From contig CAWEEB010000038.1 of assembly GCA_963807855.1 (NCBI GenBank), forward strand, positions 76,158 to 140,157: DNA of 64,000 nucleotides, in the 5' to 3' direction. This document shows positions 21,202 to 30,646 of the stretch, one piece after another. Made by a program: the position numbers and the translations under genes. The stretch's first letter is position 1. Each line of letters starts with the position of its first letter. The notes below the pieces were generated by a model. It saw only the letters and a list, made by a program, of their open reading frames with translations. It was not told the DNA's origin and did not search any database. The DNA comes from an uncultured Gammaproteobacteria bacterium (GTDB lineage: Bacteria; Pseudomonadota; Gammaproteobacteria; Thiotrichales; Thiotrichaceae).

Positions 21202-21786
21202 ATGCCTTATTTCCTGGTTATTCTCGCCTATTTTCTTGGTTCTGTATCAACCGCTGTGATTAGCTGTAAGATGCTAGGAAAAGTTGATCCAAGAACCGTT
21301 GGCTCGAAAAATCCTGGGGCTACAAACGTATTGCGTTATGCGGGTAAAAAAGCAGCATTCTTCACTTTGCTAGGTGATTTACTCAAGGGCTTGGTGCCGA
21401 TCGCTATCGGTCACGCCTTCAATCTCGATTGGGGCTGGTTAATTCTGGTTGGAGTTGCGGCATTTCTTGGACATATCTACCCAATTTATTATGGTTTTAA
21501 AGGCGGCAAAGGTGTTGCCACAGCTTTAGGTGTATACATTGGTCTCAATCCCATTGTTGGAGTCGTAGTAATTTTAACGTGGTTAATATCCGCCTTAGTC
21601 TTTAATGTATCGTCGCTGTCTGCATTAATCGCCACTCTGTTAGCTCCTCTTTATTTTTTCTGGGTAACGGGCTCCCTCAATTTGTTCCTGGGATTGGTAT
21701 TTATCACAGTGCTTATTTACTGGCGCCACCGCACCAATATCGTTGAAATTATCGATGGCACGGAAGATAAAATCTCAGAAAAATAA
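21202..21786 (+). CDS. plsY: Glycerol-3-phosphate acyltransferase PlsY
   Basis: GSKNPGATNVLR, GHIYPI..GFKGGKGVAT and RHRTNI motifs. Confidence 0.95.
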   Translation: MPYFLVILAYFLGSVSTAVISCKMLGKVDPRTVGSKNPGATNVLRYAGKKAAFFTLLGDLLKGLVPIAIGHAFNLDWGWLILVGVAAFLGHIYPIYYGFKGGKGVATALGVYIGLNPIVGVVVILTWLISALVFNVSSLSALIATLLAPLYFFWVTGSLNLFLGLVFITVLIYWRHRTNIVEIIDGTEDKISEK

Positions 21787-21788
21787 CC

Positions 21789-22319
21789 ATGAGTAGTAAT
21801 AGGCAACTAAATCACACGCAGGTTAGCACTCAAGTAAAAAGCCAAACTCAAAAATTCCCAATTAGCATTCTTGCGAATAACATCAATATCGCTGGAAATG
21901 TTGGAAGTCTGTTTCGTATTGCAGATGCCCTGGGTGTAGAAAAGCTTTACCTGACTGGTACAACTGCAACCCCACCAAAATACAAAATTCGTAAAGCCGC
22001 GCGCGCTAGCGATAAGCACATAGACTATGAATACTGTGAGTCCGCTGCTGAACTTATCAGCACACTCAAATCATCAAACACAAACATAGTCTGTTTAGAA
22101 ATTACCGAATCGAGTTTTGATATCAGAGACTATCAACCTACTGCAGATAACAATATCTGTTTGGTCATTGGCTCAGAAAATGAGGGCATCTCACATGAGT
22201 TATTATATCTTGCCGATCACACAGTACATATCCCCATGTATGGCGAAAACTCCTCGATGAATGTTGCCACTTCATGCGCGATTGCTGTGCACGAATTAAT
22301 CCAGCATTTTCAGCGTTAA
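21789..22319 (+). CDS. SpoU/TrmH family RNA methyltransferase
   Basis: NVGSLFRIADA, IGSENEGI and IPMYGENSSMNVA motifs. Confidence 0.9.
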   Translation: MSSNRQLNHTQVSTQVKSQTQKFPISILANNINIAGNVGSLFRIADALGVEKLYLTGTTATPPKYKIRKAARASDKHIDYEYCESAAELISTLKSSNTNIVCLEITESSFDIRDYQPTADNNICLVIGSENEGISHELLYLADHTVHIPMYGENSSMNVATSCAIAVHELIQHFQR

Positions 22320-22323
22320 TTTA

Positions 22324-24445
22324 ATGACCCCCCCCCCCACTTTCAAGCCTTTTTTTACCCGTCACCGAAATAAAAGGTGTTGGCCCGAAGATGGCTGAGA
22401 ATCTGGAAAAGTTAGGTATCGAAAAGATCCAGGATTTGCTTTTCCATTTACCCTTACGCTATCAAGACAGAACGAAGTTCTACGAAATTGGATCGGTTTC
22501 ACATGGTCAGGAAGTCATGGTAATTGGCGAGGTAGAACATTCTGAGATTGTCTATCGTGGACGCCGGATGATGATTTGTACGATCTCGGATGGTACGGGC
22601 TTATTAACACTACGCTTTTTCCACTTTAGCAATGCACAGCAAAAAGCACTCACGCGTGGTACTAGACTTCGCTGCTTTGGTGAAGTTCGTATTGGTAAAA
22701 CCAGTCGGGAAATGGTGCATCCTGAATATAAGATTCTAAACGAATCAGATACACAGAATATTCATACCAAGCTCGCAACTGCGCTTACGCCGATTTACCC
22801 GGCTACCAAGGGCTTACAGCAACGTAGTTTGTTACGGCTTGCACAGGCTGCACTGACCCATCTTAATGATCTTAAAGACCTGATACCCAGTAAAATAGTG
22901 AAGGATAATAAATTATATGATTTAACCCAGGCGCTACAAGCGCTTCATCAACCCGAAACTGGGGTTTCAGTCGGACAGTTATTAGCGCGTAATCACCCAG
23001 CACAACAGCGTTTGATTTTTGAAGAATTACTCGCGCATCAGTTAAGTTTAAGAAAACTAAGAGAGCAGCAAAAGCAAGCGAGTGGTATTCCCTTCAATGC
23101 TGAATCAGTCTATATCGATCGTTTACGAGAAAACTTGCCTTTTGCCCTAACTAACGCACAAGACCGTGTGATCGAAGAAATAAATCAAGACCTCAAACAA
23201 ACCTGGCCCATGAGTCGTTTGGTCCAGGGTGATGTTGGTTCGGGTAAAACCCTGGTGGCAGCCGCCGCTGCTTTAACAGCCATAGAAACGGGTTTTCAGG
23301 TTGCGTTGATGGCTCCTACCGAAATACTCTCTGAGCAACACTTTAAGAATTTCACCGAATGGTTAAACCCTTTAGGATTAAATGTCACTTTATTATCGGG
23401 AAAACTCAAAGTTGCAGAAAAACGAGAAGCACTTGAAGCAACTGAAACGGGCACAAGCCACTTAATTATTGGTACCCACGCCCTCTTCCAGAACGATGTT
23501 AATTTCCAACGACTAGGTTTAATCATCGTCGATGAACAACACCGCTTTGGAGTTCATCAACGTTTATCATTGAGAGAAAAAGGTAGAACAGAAAATCACC
23601 ATCAGGGAGAAATCGAAGAAGCTTATCCGCACCAGTTAGTGATGACTGCTACGCCAATTCCACGTACCCTTGCAATGACCACCTATGCGGATATGGATTA
23701 CTCGGTTATCGACGAACTTCCACCGGGACGCACACCGATAAACACCGTCGTCATTAATAACACCCGACGCGATGAAATTATCCAGAGAATCAATGTGGTT
23801 TGCAATGAAGGGGCACAGGTTTACTGGGTGTGTACACTGATTGAAGAATCAGAAACCTTACAGGCACAAAATGCCGAAGAGACCACCGAATTACTGCAGA
23901 ATGCCTTACCCGATTTAAAAATCGGCCTCATCCACGGCCGCCTAAAGTCAGATGAAAAAGAAGCCATAATGGCTGATTTCAAATCGGGTAACTTGCATTT
24001 ACTGGTAGCCACCACAGTGATAGAAGTCGGTGTTGATGTACCCAATGCCACTTTAATGATTATTGAAAATGCAGAACGTTTGGGGCTTGCTCAATTACAC
24101 CAGTTGAGAGGGCGAGTCGGCCGAGGCAGCAAAGCCAGTAGCTGCGTGCTGATGTACCAAACACCGCTATCGGATAATGCACGCAAACGTCTGGAAGCTT
24201 TACGCAATAGCAACGATGGATTTGAAATTGCCAGAATCGATCTAGAAATTCGAGGCCCCGGAGAAGTATTCGGTACACGCCAGACCGGCGAACTACAATT
24301 CAGAATCGCAAATCTGATGGAAGATCAAATGCTGCTGCCCAAAGTGCAACAAGCAGCAAATATAATGCTAGAACAATACCCAGAGAATATTGAGCCTTTG
24401 ATAGAACGCTGGATAAAACATGCTGAGGATTATGCAGCGGTTTAA
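22324..24445 (+). CDS. recG: ATP-dependent DNA helicase RecG (probable start 22324, out of frame by one base, plausibly at a C11 tract)
   Basis: QGDVGSGKT, DEQH, MTATPIPRT and QLRGRVGR motifs; in-frame LPVTEIKGVGPK lies upstream of the annotated ATG at 22391. Confidence 0.93.
22326..22356 (+). repeat. C6 motif copy 8 (C11 variant) at the recG start
   Basis: GACCCCCCCCCCCACTTTCAAGCCTTTTTTT. Confidence 0.7.
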
Positions 24446-24465
24446 TTGATGTATGAAACTAAAGT

Positions 24466-24490
24466 CACCCCCCTACTTTTAAACGGTTTT
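24466..24490 (+). repeat. C6 motif copy 9
   Basis: CACCCCCCTACTTTTAAACGGTTTT, 20 bp after the recG stop. Confidence 0.88.
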
Positions 24491-24616
24491 CTAGCGAAGC
24501 CAAAAATCTCAACAACTAAATATTTTCATAAACCTGGTGAAGATTTATTCGTTTCTTAGTGACTTAATCCTAACAAAAAAATATGATGAGCTTGAACACA
24601 ACTAACGGTTTTAACT

Positions 24617-25465
24617 ATGGATATTTCCCACCTAAAGACCTTTCTCGAGATTTATAAGACTCGGCATTTCAGAAAATCTGCTGAAAAATTATTTATTACT
24701 CAATCAGCAGCAAGTGCCCGGATAAAGTTACTCGAGGAACGATTGGGAGTTACTTTATTCACCCGAGATAAACGCAATATAGAGCCCACTCCTGCGGCAC
24801 ATCGTTTTTATAAATATGCAGAAATGGTCGTTACCGGCTGGGATCAAGCCAAACAAGTGGTTGCGCTACCGGATGAATATGCATTATCAATCTCAGTTGC
24901 CTGTATGGCCGACATCTGGCATTTATTTCTCAAAAACTGGATTGTGGAAATAAAAGATCAGAGACCTGAATTTGCCTTCAACCTGATGATCAATCAGTCA
25001 AATAATATCTCAGACTTATTGATTAATGGCGCGCTGGATTTAGGTTTTGTATTCGAGCCTATTCAATTGCCGTCTATCGAGGCTCAAGAGGTCCTCGAAT
25101 TTGAAATTAAGCTATTTTCAACTGTTCCGAATCAAACACCCGAAGAAGCGCTGGATAAAAATTACATCAAAATAGACTGGGGCGTATCTTTTGAATATGA
25201 ATATTCACAAGAGTATAAGGATCAAGCTATTTCGAATGTGCGCACTAACTACGGGGTAATGGCAATTGATATACTGAAAGATAATGGAGGAGCCGCATAT
25301 CTACCAGACTTAAGTCCCTTAAAAAATGACTCGACACTTTCCCTTTACGAAGTAGAAAATGCTTTTGTCTTTAAAAGAAAACTGTATGCGCTCTACAGAA
25401 AAGATAGCGAAGTGTATCGAAACATCACAGAAATTATCGATACTGTTAAAGCGATCATTTCTTAA
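24617..25465 (+). CDS. LysR family regulator, HdfR-like
   Basis: LKTFLEIYKTRHFRKSAEKLFITQSAASARIKLLE HTH resembles HdfR; YIKIDWG motif. Confidence 0.85.
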   Translation: MDISHLKTFLEIYKTRHFRKSAEKLFITQSAASARIKLLEERLGVTLFTRDKRNIEPTPAAHRFYKYAEMVVTGWDQAKQVVALPDEYALSISVACMADIWHLFLKNWIVEIKDQRPEFAFNLMINQSNNISDLLINGALDLGFVFEPIQLPSIEAQEVLEFEIKLFSTVPNQTPEEALDKNYIKIDWGVSFEYEYSQEYKDQAISNVRTNYGVMAIDILKDNGGAAYLPDLSPLKNDSTLSLYEVENAFVFKRKLYALYRKDSEVYRNITEIIDTVKAIIS

Positions 25466-25574
25466 GCCCCCTCCCTAAAAAGTTAAATCACCAACATAGA
25501 AAGCGCCTGCTTAAAAAAACGATGTCTCTTAAGCAGGAGCTGGGGGGATACCCTAAAGGGTAATTCGGTGACAA

Positions 25575-25808
25575 TTAGTCGTAGTCGTAATCAAAATCCC
25601 AATCCCAGTCTGTATCTTTCATCGCTTTTTTTTCAAAATAATCCTCTATACGATGACGTGCACTTTTTTTGGGTTTAGCACGATGAAAATTCCTTGACGA
25701 TTTATCGTCATTGAAGTTTAAATCATAAGGATCATCTGATACATCTGAGAAGTCATCTTCAAATTCATCATAATCATCTTCATAATCGTGCTTCTGACTC
25801 TTAGCCAT
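25575..25808 (-). CDS. Small acidic protein (PA3496-like)
   Basis: 77 aa, D/E-rich, with ARHRIEDYFEKKAM; GGAG RBS upstream. Confidence 0.65.
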   Translation of the reverse strand: MAKSQKHDYEDDYDEFEDDFSDVSDDPYDLNFNDDKSSRNFHRAKPKKSARHRIEDYFEKKAMKDTDWDWDFDYDYD

Positions 25809-26023
25809 TTATCTATTCTCCAAAATAATATTTAACAGCTGATTAATCTCAAATTACTAAAACTTTGAGGCGAATTAATTGTTGCACTAATAATTTTTAA
25901 AAAATAACAAAAAATATTGTTTAATTTGAGAAAATATTTTTGTTTATTTAAAAAGAAAAATCCGATTAAAAATATCCAGCAATTATATATTTGATAAGGC
26001 TTTATTTTGTAAAAGCCGATACT

Positions 26024-26569
26024 ATGCACCCATTAATCATCCAGAATAATCGAGAAAAAATGAACAGCACCAAAGATGCCAAAGCAAACCACGCCTTAAA
26101 AACACAGAGCGAAATCCCTAGAACACTAGGATTTCTCATTGCATTTGTTGGTGTATTTTTTCTTGTCGCGACAGTATTTAGCCTAATAACAATAATGGTT
26201 TTACAAGTGTCCTCGGGGGATTCTGGGCCGCTTTCATCTAAAGATAAATATACCATTACATTGACCGTCACCTCCCTATTTACAGCCCTTGGCGCTTTTT
26301 ATATTGGTGTTAAGTTGATTAAAAAATTAGACAGTGGACGCAAGTTATTCAATATTTTCAGTCTTTTTGTAATCGCTCTAGCCTGGGCGAAATTTATGTA
26401 TAAACAAAATGCCATTGAGAAAAGTTTTGCCAATATGCCTGCTGAGTTAGCAGCGAATGCCAAGCAAATAGAATTGGGAGATACGCTGACTGTATTTATC
26501 CTGCCCGCGATTTTAATTTTGGTAGCGCTGTTATTGAACTTACGAAGATCGAAGGATTCTTTAAGTTAA
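26024..26569 (+). CDS. Hypothetical membrane protein (about 4 TM)
   Basis: Hydrophobic segments; start uncertain (25991, 26024 or 26060). Confidence 0.65.
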   Translation: MHPLIIQNNREKMNSTKDAKANHALKTQSEIPRTLGFLIAFVGVFFLVATVFSLITIMVLQVSSGDSGPLSSKDKYTITLTVTSLFTALGAFYIGVKLIKKLDSGRKLFNIFSLFVIALAWAKFMYKQNAIEKSFANMPAELAANAKQIELGDTLTVFILPAILILVALLLNLRRSKDSLS

Positions 26570-26575
26570 TGATGA

Positions 26576-26601
26576 CACCCCCCACCTTTTGAGGGGTTTT
26601 T
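26576..26601 (+). repeat. C6 motif copy 10
   Basis: CACCCCCCACCTTTTGAGGGGTTTTT. Confidence 0.75.
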
Positions 26602-26614
26602 CAGATCTGATGTT

Positions 26615-27586
26615 TCACTCAAACACCTGACTGATACCAATCAGGGCGGGATGTTTAGATCTGATAACAAAGACGGGAATACCTTTTAGATAGTCTTTAA
26701 AGCGTCCTTTGGATTCAAAGCGTTTTCTAAAAGGAGAGTTTTCAAAGTAACTACCTAATTTTGGAATAATGCCACCTCCAATATAAATCCCTCCTTTGGC
26801 ACCTAAGGTTAAAGCGAGGTTTCCAGCAACAACACCGAGTAATCCACAAAATATTTCCAGAGTTTCTGCACATTGTTTATCAGTTTGATTGAGCGCACAC
26901 CGGGAGATATCTTGCGGTGTTAAATCAGCCTTGGCATCTACTTGATCAAGTTCACAGATAGCCTCATATATCCGCTGTAATCCGCTACCAGAAATCAGCC
27001 GTTCTGCCGAAACATGCTGATATTTCTGCCAACAAGTCTCTAATATCTTCAGTTCTCTTTTGGTTGTTGGGCTTAGGCTTACATGCCCCCCTTCTCCTGA
27101 TAAAGGAATCCATTTATCACCCGAACTAATTAAGCCAGAAACGCCAAGTCCTGTACCAGGACCAAGAACACCAATTGGCGCTTCGAGTTTTATTTTTCCA
27201 CTACCCACTTGATAACATTCAGCTCGATCCAGATACGGAATAGACAGTGCCAAGGCTTCAAAATCATTCTTAAAAACCAAAGAATCCAAAGACAAAGTTT
27301 TACGCGCTTCCTCGATGGAAAAATCCCAATCATGATTAGTCATCTTGATGCGGTCACCCTCTATCGGACAGGCAATAGCAATGGCAGCTTCAGTAACCCT
27401 GGGATCACCAGAACGTTTCAAATAATCTTGATAAGCGCTTACAAAATCGGGGGATTCATCGCCTTCTAATACCATCTCTTGTTGAAATGACCCATCAGCA
27501 TTCAGCAGAGCAAAGCGTGCATGAGTACCCCCGATATCGGCGATGACTCTTGGATAGTTTGACATTAGAACTTTAGAGTCAGGCAT
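26615..27586 (-). CDS. glk: Glucokinase
   Basis: ADIGGTHARFAL, NDFEA, GPGTGLG, EGGH, SAER and GGIYIGGGI motifs. Confidence 0.95.
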   Translation of the reverse strand: MPDSKVLMSNYPRVIADIGGTHARFALLNADGSFQQEMVLEGDESPDFVSAYQDYLKRSGDPRVTEAAIAIACPIEGDRIKMTNHDWDFSIEEARKTLSLDSLVFKNDFEALALSIPYLDRAECYQVGSGKIKLEAPIGVLGPGTGLGVSGLISSGDKWIPLSGEGGHVSLSPTTKRELKILETCWQKYQHVSAERLISGSGLQRIYEAICELDQVDAKADLTPQDISRCALNQTDKQCAETLEIFCGLLGVVAGNLALTLGAKGGIYIGGGIIPKLGSYFENSPFRKRFESKGRFKDYLKGIPVFVIRSKHPALIGISQVFE

Positions 27587-27629
27587 TTATGAGGATATCC
27601 GCAGAACAATACTTAGGAATATAAAAAGA

Positions 27630-27654
27630 CACCCCCTACTAATGGCGAGTTTTT
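27630..27654 (+). repeat. C6 motif copy 11 (variant)
   Basis: CACCCCCTACTAATGGCGAGTTTTT. Confidence 0.55.
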
Positions 27655-27664
27655 ATATATTTTT

Positions 27665-27696
27665 TAGGGTGGATGTCATATCTGACATCCACCCTA
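27665..27696 (-). terminator. Rho-independent terminator-like hairpin
   Basis: Perfect 14-bp stem TAGGGTGGATGTCA-TATC-TGACATCCACCCTA just after the CBM48 gene stop; no U-tract on the minus strand, so it may be a stabilising stem rather than a terminator. Confidence 0.6.
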
Positions 27697-27709
27697 TACG
27701 ATTAATTAG

Positions 27710-28020
27710 TTAAGCCACTTGCACAACTGAGTTATCACCATCAATGCCATTGGGAATATATTTGTCTGCTTCCCAGTCATTTTCCCAAATTCCCTGATCG
27801 TTCAAATAACGAAATTGATATTCTGGCTGATCGTATCTAGTTCTCACGTTTGGGTGAAATCACCACTTTTAAGGCGTTTCATCGGGGTTGCTTTATCTCC
27901 CACTTGTTAAACTCACCGACTAGATATAACCTGTTTTGCAGATTTAGCTGCATCTTTATCGACACGAAACGTCACTTTACAGACAGGTCGTGATTTCAGA
28001 TATTGTTTTTTGATACTCAC
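27710..28020 (-). pseudogene. Isoamylase early-set / CBM48 glycogen-binding protein, frameshifted (not in the ORF track)
   Basis: AAGGAG RBS plus GTG at 28020; across frames reads MSIKKQYLKSRPVCKVTFRV...LVGEFNKW...PMKRLKSGDFT...EYQFRYL...WENDWEADKYIPNG...NSVVQVA*. Confidence 0.8.
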
Positions 28021-30583
28021 ATTTAACTCCTTTTAAATGATATAATAAATAAATGCCAAATACGTTTATCACTAAATAGTAACAAATAGTCGACATGATT
28101 TTTTGAGACTCTAACTTCCAGATATCCCTATTGTAATCCTGCATGGTTCTATCGGTAGAAAAGAACCCGCTTGAAGCCGTATTCATAATACTCATACGAC
28201 CCCATTTTTCCTGATCTTGCCAGGCCTCAGAAACCTCTTTCTGGGCGTCTATATAGCTCCTGAAATCAGCAAACGTTACCCACGGATCATTGCTGTTGTA
28301 AAGACTTTGAAAAATACTATCGAAGATGCCAGGCTCATTCGCATTGAAATGTCCTGATTGGAGTAGTTCCATAACGGCTTTCAGGTCTTTATCCTGATTG
28401 ATGTAGCTCATTGGATCATAACGACCCTGAAGGTCTTGCACTTCATGAGCTTTTAGGCCGAATAAGAAAAAGTTTTCTTCACCTACTTCATCGAGTATTT
28501 CAATATTTGCGCCATCGTAGGTACCGATGGTCAACGCGCCATTCATCATGAATTTCATATTGCCGGTGCCAGAGGCTTCTTTACCCGCGGTGGATACCTG
28601 CTCGGACAAATCAGCAGCGGGCGCAATCACTTCCATGGCGGTTACACCGTAATTAGGGAAGAACACGAGCTTTAGCTTATCACCCACATCAGGATCTGAG
28701 TTGATGACTTCCGCGACATTGCTTATCAGCTTGATGATGCTCTTGGCTAACATATAGCCAGGGGCTGCTTTGCCGCCGATAAGCACACAACGATTGGCCC
28801 AGTTTTCAGTATTACCCTGCTTGATTTGATTGTATAAATGAATCACATGCAACACATTTAATAACTGTCGTTTGTACTCATGAATGCGTTTTACCTGAAT
28901 ATCAAACAATGAGTCGGTGTTAAATTTTACTCCGCAACGTTTTTCAATCACATCTGCTAATCGTTGTTTATTGGTTTGTTTTACTTCTTTAAATGCTATG
29001 GCAAATTTTTTCTGTTTTGCTGATGACAGATTTTTAATTTCGCTAATATGGGATAGATCAGTAATCCAGTCTTCACCAATGTAACTAGAAATTAAATCGG
29101 TCATATCGGGATTTGCATGTGCTATCCAACGTCTAGGTGTAACACCATTGGTTTTATTAGTAAATTTTTCTGGCCATAACTCATAAAAATCGTGGAATAA
29201 ACCTTCGCACAGTAACTGCGAATGTAAAGCCGCAACACCGTTCACAGAAAAACTTCCCACTATAGCTAGATTAGCCATGCGAACCTGTCTGTATGAACCT
29301 TCTTCAATAATCGACAGTCTTCCGTGTCGTTGTATGTCACCCGGCCATTTCTGTTGTACCAATCGCATGAATCGAGCGTTAATTTCATAGATGATTTCTA
29401 GCAATCGAGGCAATAGGCTTTCAAATAAATGTACAGGCCACTTTTCGAGCGCTTCAGGCAATAAGGTGTGATTGGTATAGGCCATGGTTTTTGTGGTGAT
29501 TTTCCAGGCTTCATCCCAGCTTAAGCATTTCTTATCCATCAGTATCCGCATCATCTCTGCAACCGAAATTGTCGGATGGGTATCATTCATCTGGAATACA
29601 TTAAGCTCGACAAATTTTTCGTAATTATCGCCATGGATTAATTCCCACTGACGGAATACATCTTGCAAACTCGCTGATGCTAAAAAATATTGCTGCTTTA
29701 AGCGCAACTCTTTGCCGTTTTCGCTGGAATCATTAGGATATAAAACCATCGTGATGTTTTCTGCATTATTTTTTGCAGCAACCGCATCTGTATAACTACC
29801 TGCGTTGAATTCTTCAAGGTTAAATTCATCTGTCGCAGAAGATTTCCAAAGACGTAGTGTATTGATCGTCTTGTTTTTATAGCCAGAAATTGGAACATCA
29901 AAAGGAATCGCTAAGACATCACTCGTCTCAACCCAGCGGGCGTGTAAATTATTATGCTCGTCGAGATAGTTTTCGGTGTGACCACCAAATTTTACAGTTT
30001 GGGTGTATTCCGGGCGTTCTAGTTCCCACGGATTTCCATCTCTTAACCAATGATCTGGTCTTTCTTCTTGTCGACCATTCACAATCGCTTGTTTGAACAT
30101 GCCATATTCATAGCGAATACCATATCCCAAAACAGGCAACTCCAGGGTTGCACAACTATCCATAAAGCAGGCTGCTAGACGACCTAAACCGCCATTACCT
30201 AAACCTGCATCGGGCTCTATTGATTCAATATCTTCTAATCGCAAACAGAATTTTTGCATCGCATCTCTTGAATTATCTGTTATATCCAGATTGAGCATGT
30301 GGTTGCCCAAAGCTCTACCCATAAGGAACTCTAGTGAGAGATAGTAAGCTCGTCGCACATTAGGCTTGCGGTATGCATCCCATGTTTTACACCAGTTAGC
30401 AACAACTCTGTCGCGTAACGTAAATGAGAGTGCTTCATAGAAATAAAAAGAGTCACAACCCTGAGTTCGTCCCAGGTGATACGTTAGATACCTTTCAAAA
30501 CTTTTGCCAATCGCTTTAGAGGTATTTGGTAAAGCTATAATTTCCAGAGGAAGACAAGTCTCTAACTGAGGTTTTTCGTTCAT
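27977..30583 (-). CDS. glgP: Glycogen/starch phosphorylase
   Basis: GLGNGGLGRLAACF, KRIHEYKRQ and EASGTGNMK (PLP lysine) motifs; C-terminal ~35 aa probably readthrough, with the true end near 28100. Confidence 0.95.
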   Translation of the reverse strand: MNEKPQLETCLPLEIIALPNTSKAIGKSFERYLTYHLGRTQGCDSFYFYEALSFTLRDRVVANWCKTWDAYRKPNVRRAYYLSLEFLMGRALGNHMLNLDITDNSRDAMQKFCLRLEDIESIEPDAGLGNGGLGRLAACFMDSCATLELPVLGYGIRYEYGMFKQAIVNGRQEERPDHWLRDGNPWELERPEYTQTVKFGGHTENYLDEHNNLHARWVETSDVLAIPFDVPISGYKNKTINTLRLWKSSATDEFNLEEFNAGSYTDAVAAKNNAENITMVLYPNDSSENGKELRLKQQYFLASASLQDVFRQWELIHGDNYEKFVELNVFQMNDTHPTISVAEMMRILMDKKCLSWDEAWKITTKTMAYTNHTLLPEALEKWPVHLFESLLPRLLEIIYEINARFMRLVQQKWPGDIQRHGRLSIIEEGSYRQVRMANLAIVGSFSVNGVAALHSQLLCEGLFHDFYELWPEKFTNKTNGVTPRRWIAHANPDMTDLISSYIGEDWITDLSHISEIKNLSSAKQKKFAIAFKEVKQTNKQRLADVIEKRCGVKFNTDSLFDIQVKRIHEYKRQLLNVLHVIHLYNQIKQGNTENWANRCVLIGGKAAPGYMLAKSIIKLISNVAEVINSDPDVGDKLKLVFFPNYGVTAMEVIAPAADLSEQVSTAGKEASGTGNMKFMMNGALTIGTYDGANIEILDEVGEENFFLFGLKAHEVQDLQGRYDPMSYINQDKDLKAVMELLQSGHFNANEPGIFDSIFQSLYNSNDPWVTFADFRSYIDAQKEVSEAWQDQEKWGRMSIMNTASSGFFSTDRTMQDYNRDIWKLESQKIMSTICYYLVINVFGIYLLYHLKGVKCEYQKTISEITTCL

Positions 30584-30646
30584 TTCTTACTCTCTTGTAT
30601 TCTCACTTGTAATTTGTAATGTCGTTATCTAATAGTTTTAAAAGGT

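Noticed and set aside
27977-28100. C-terminal extension of GlgP
   Set aside because: It runs over the RBS and start of the downstream CBM48 gene and looks like readthrough from an indel.
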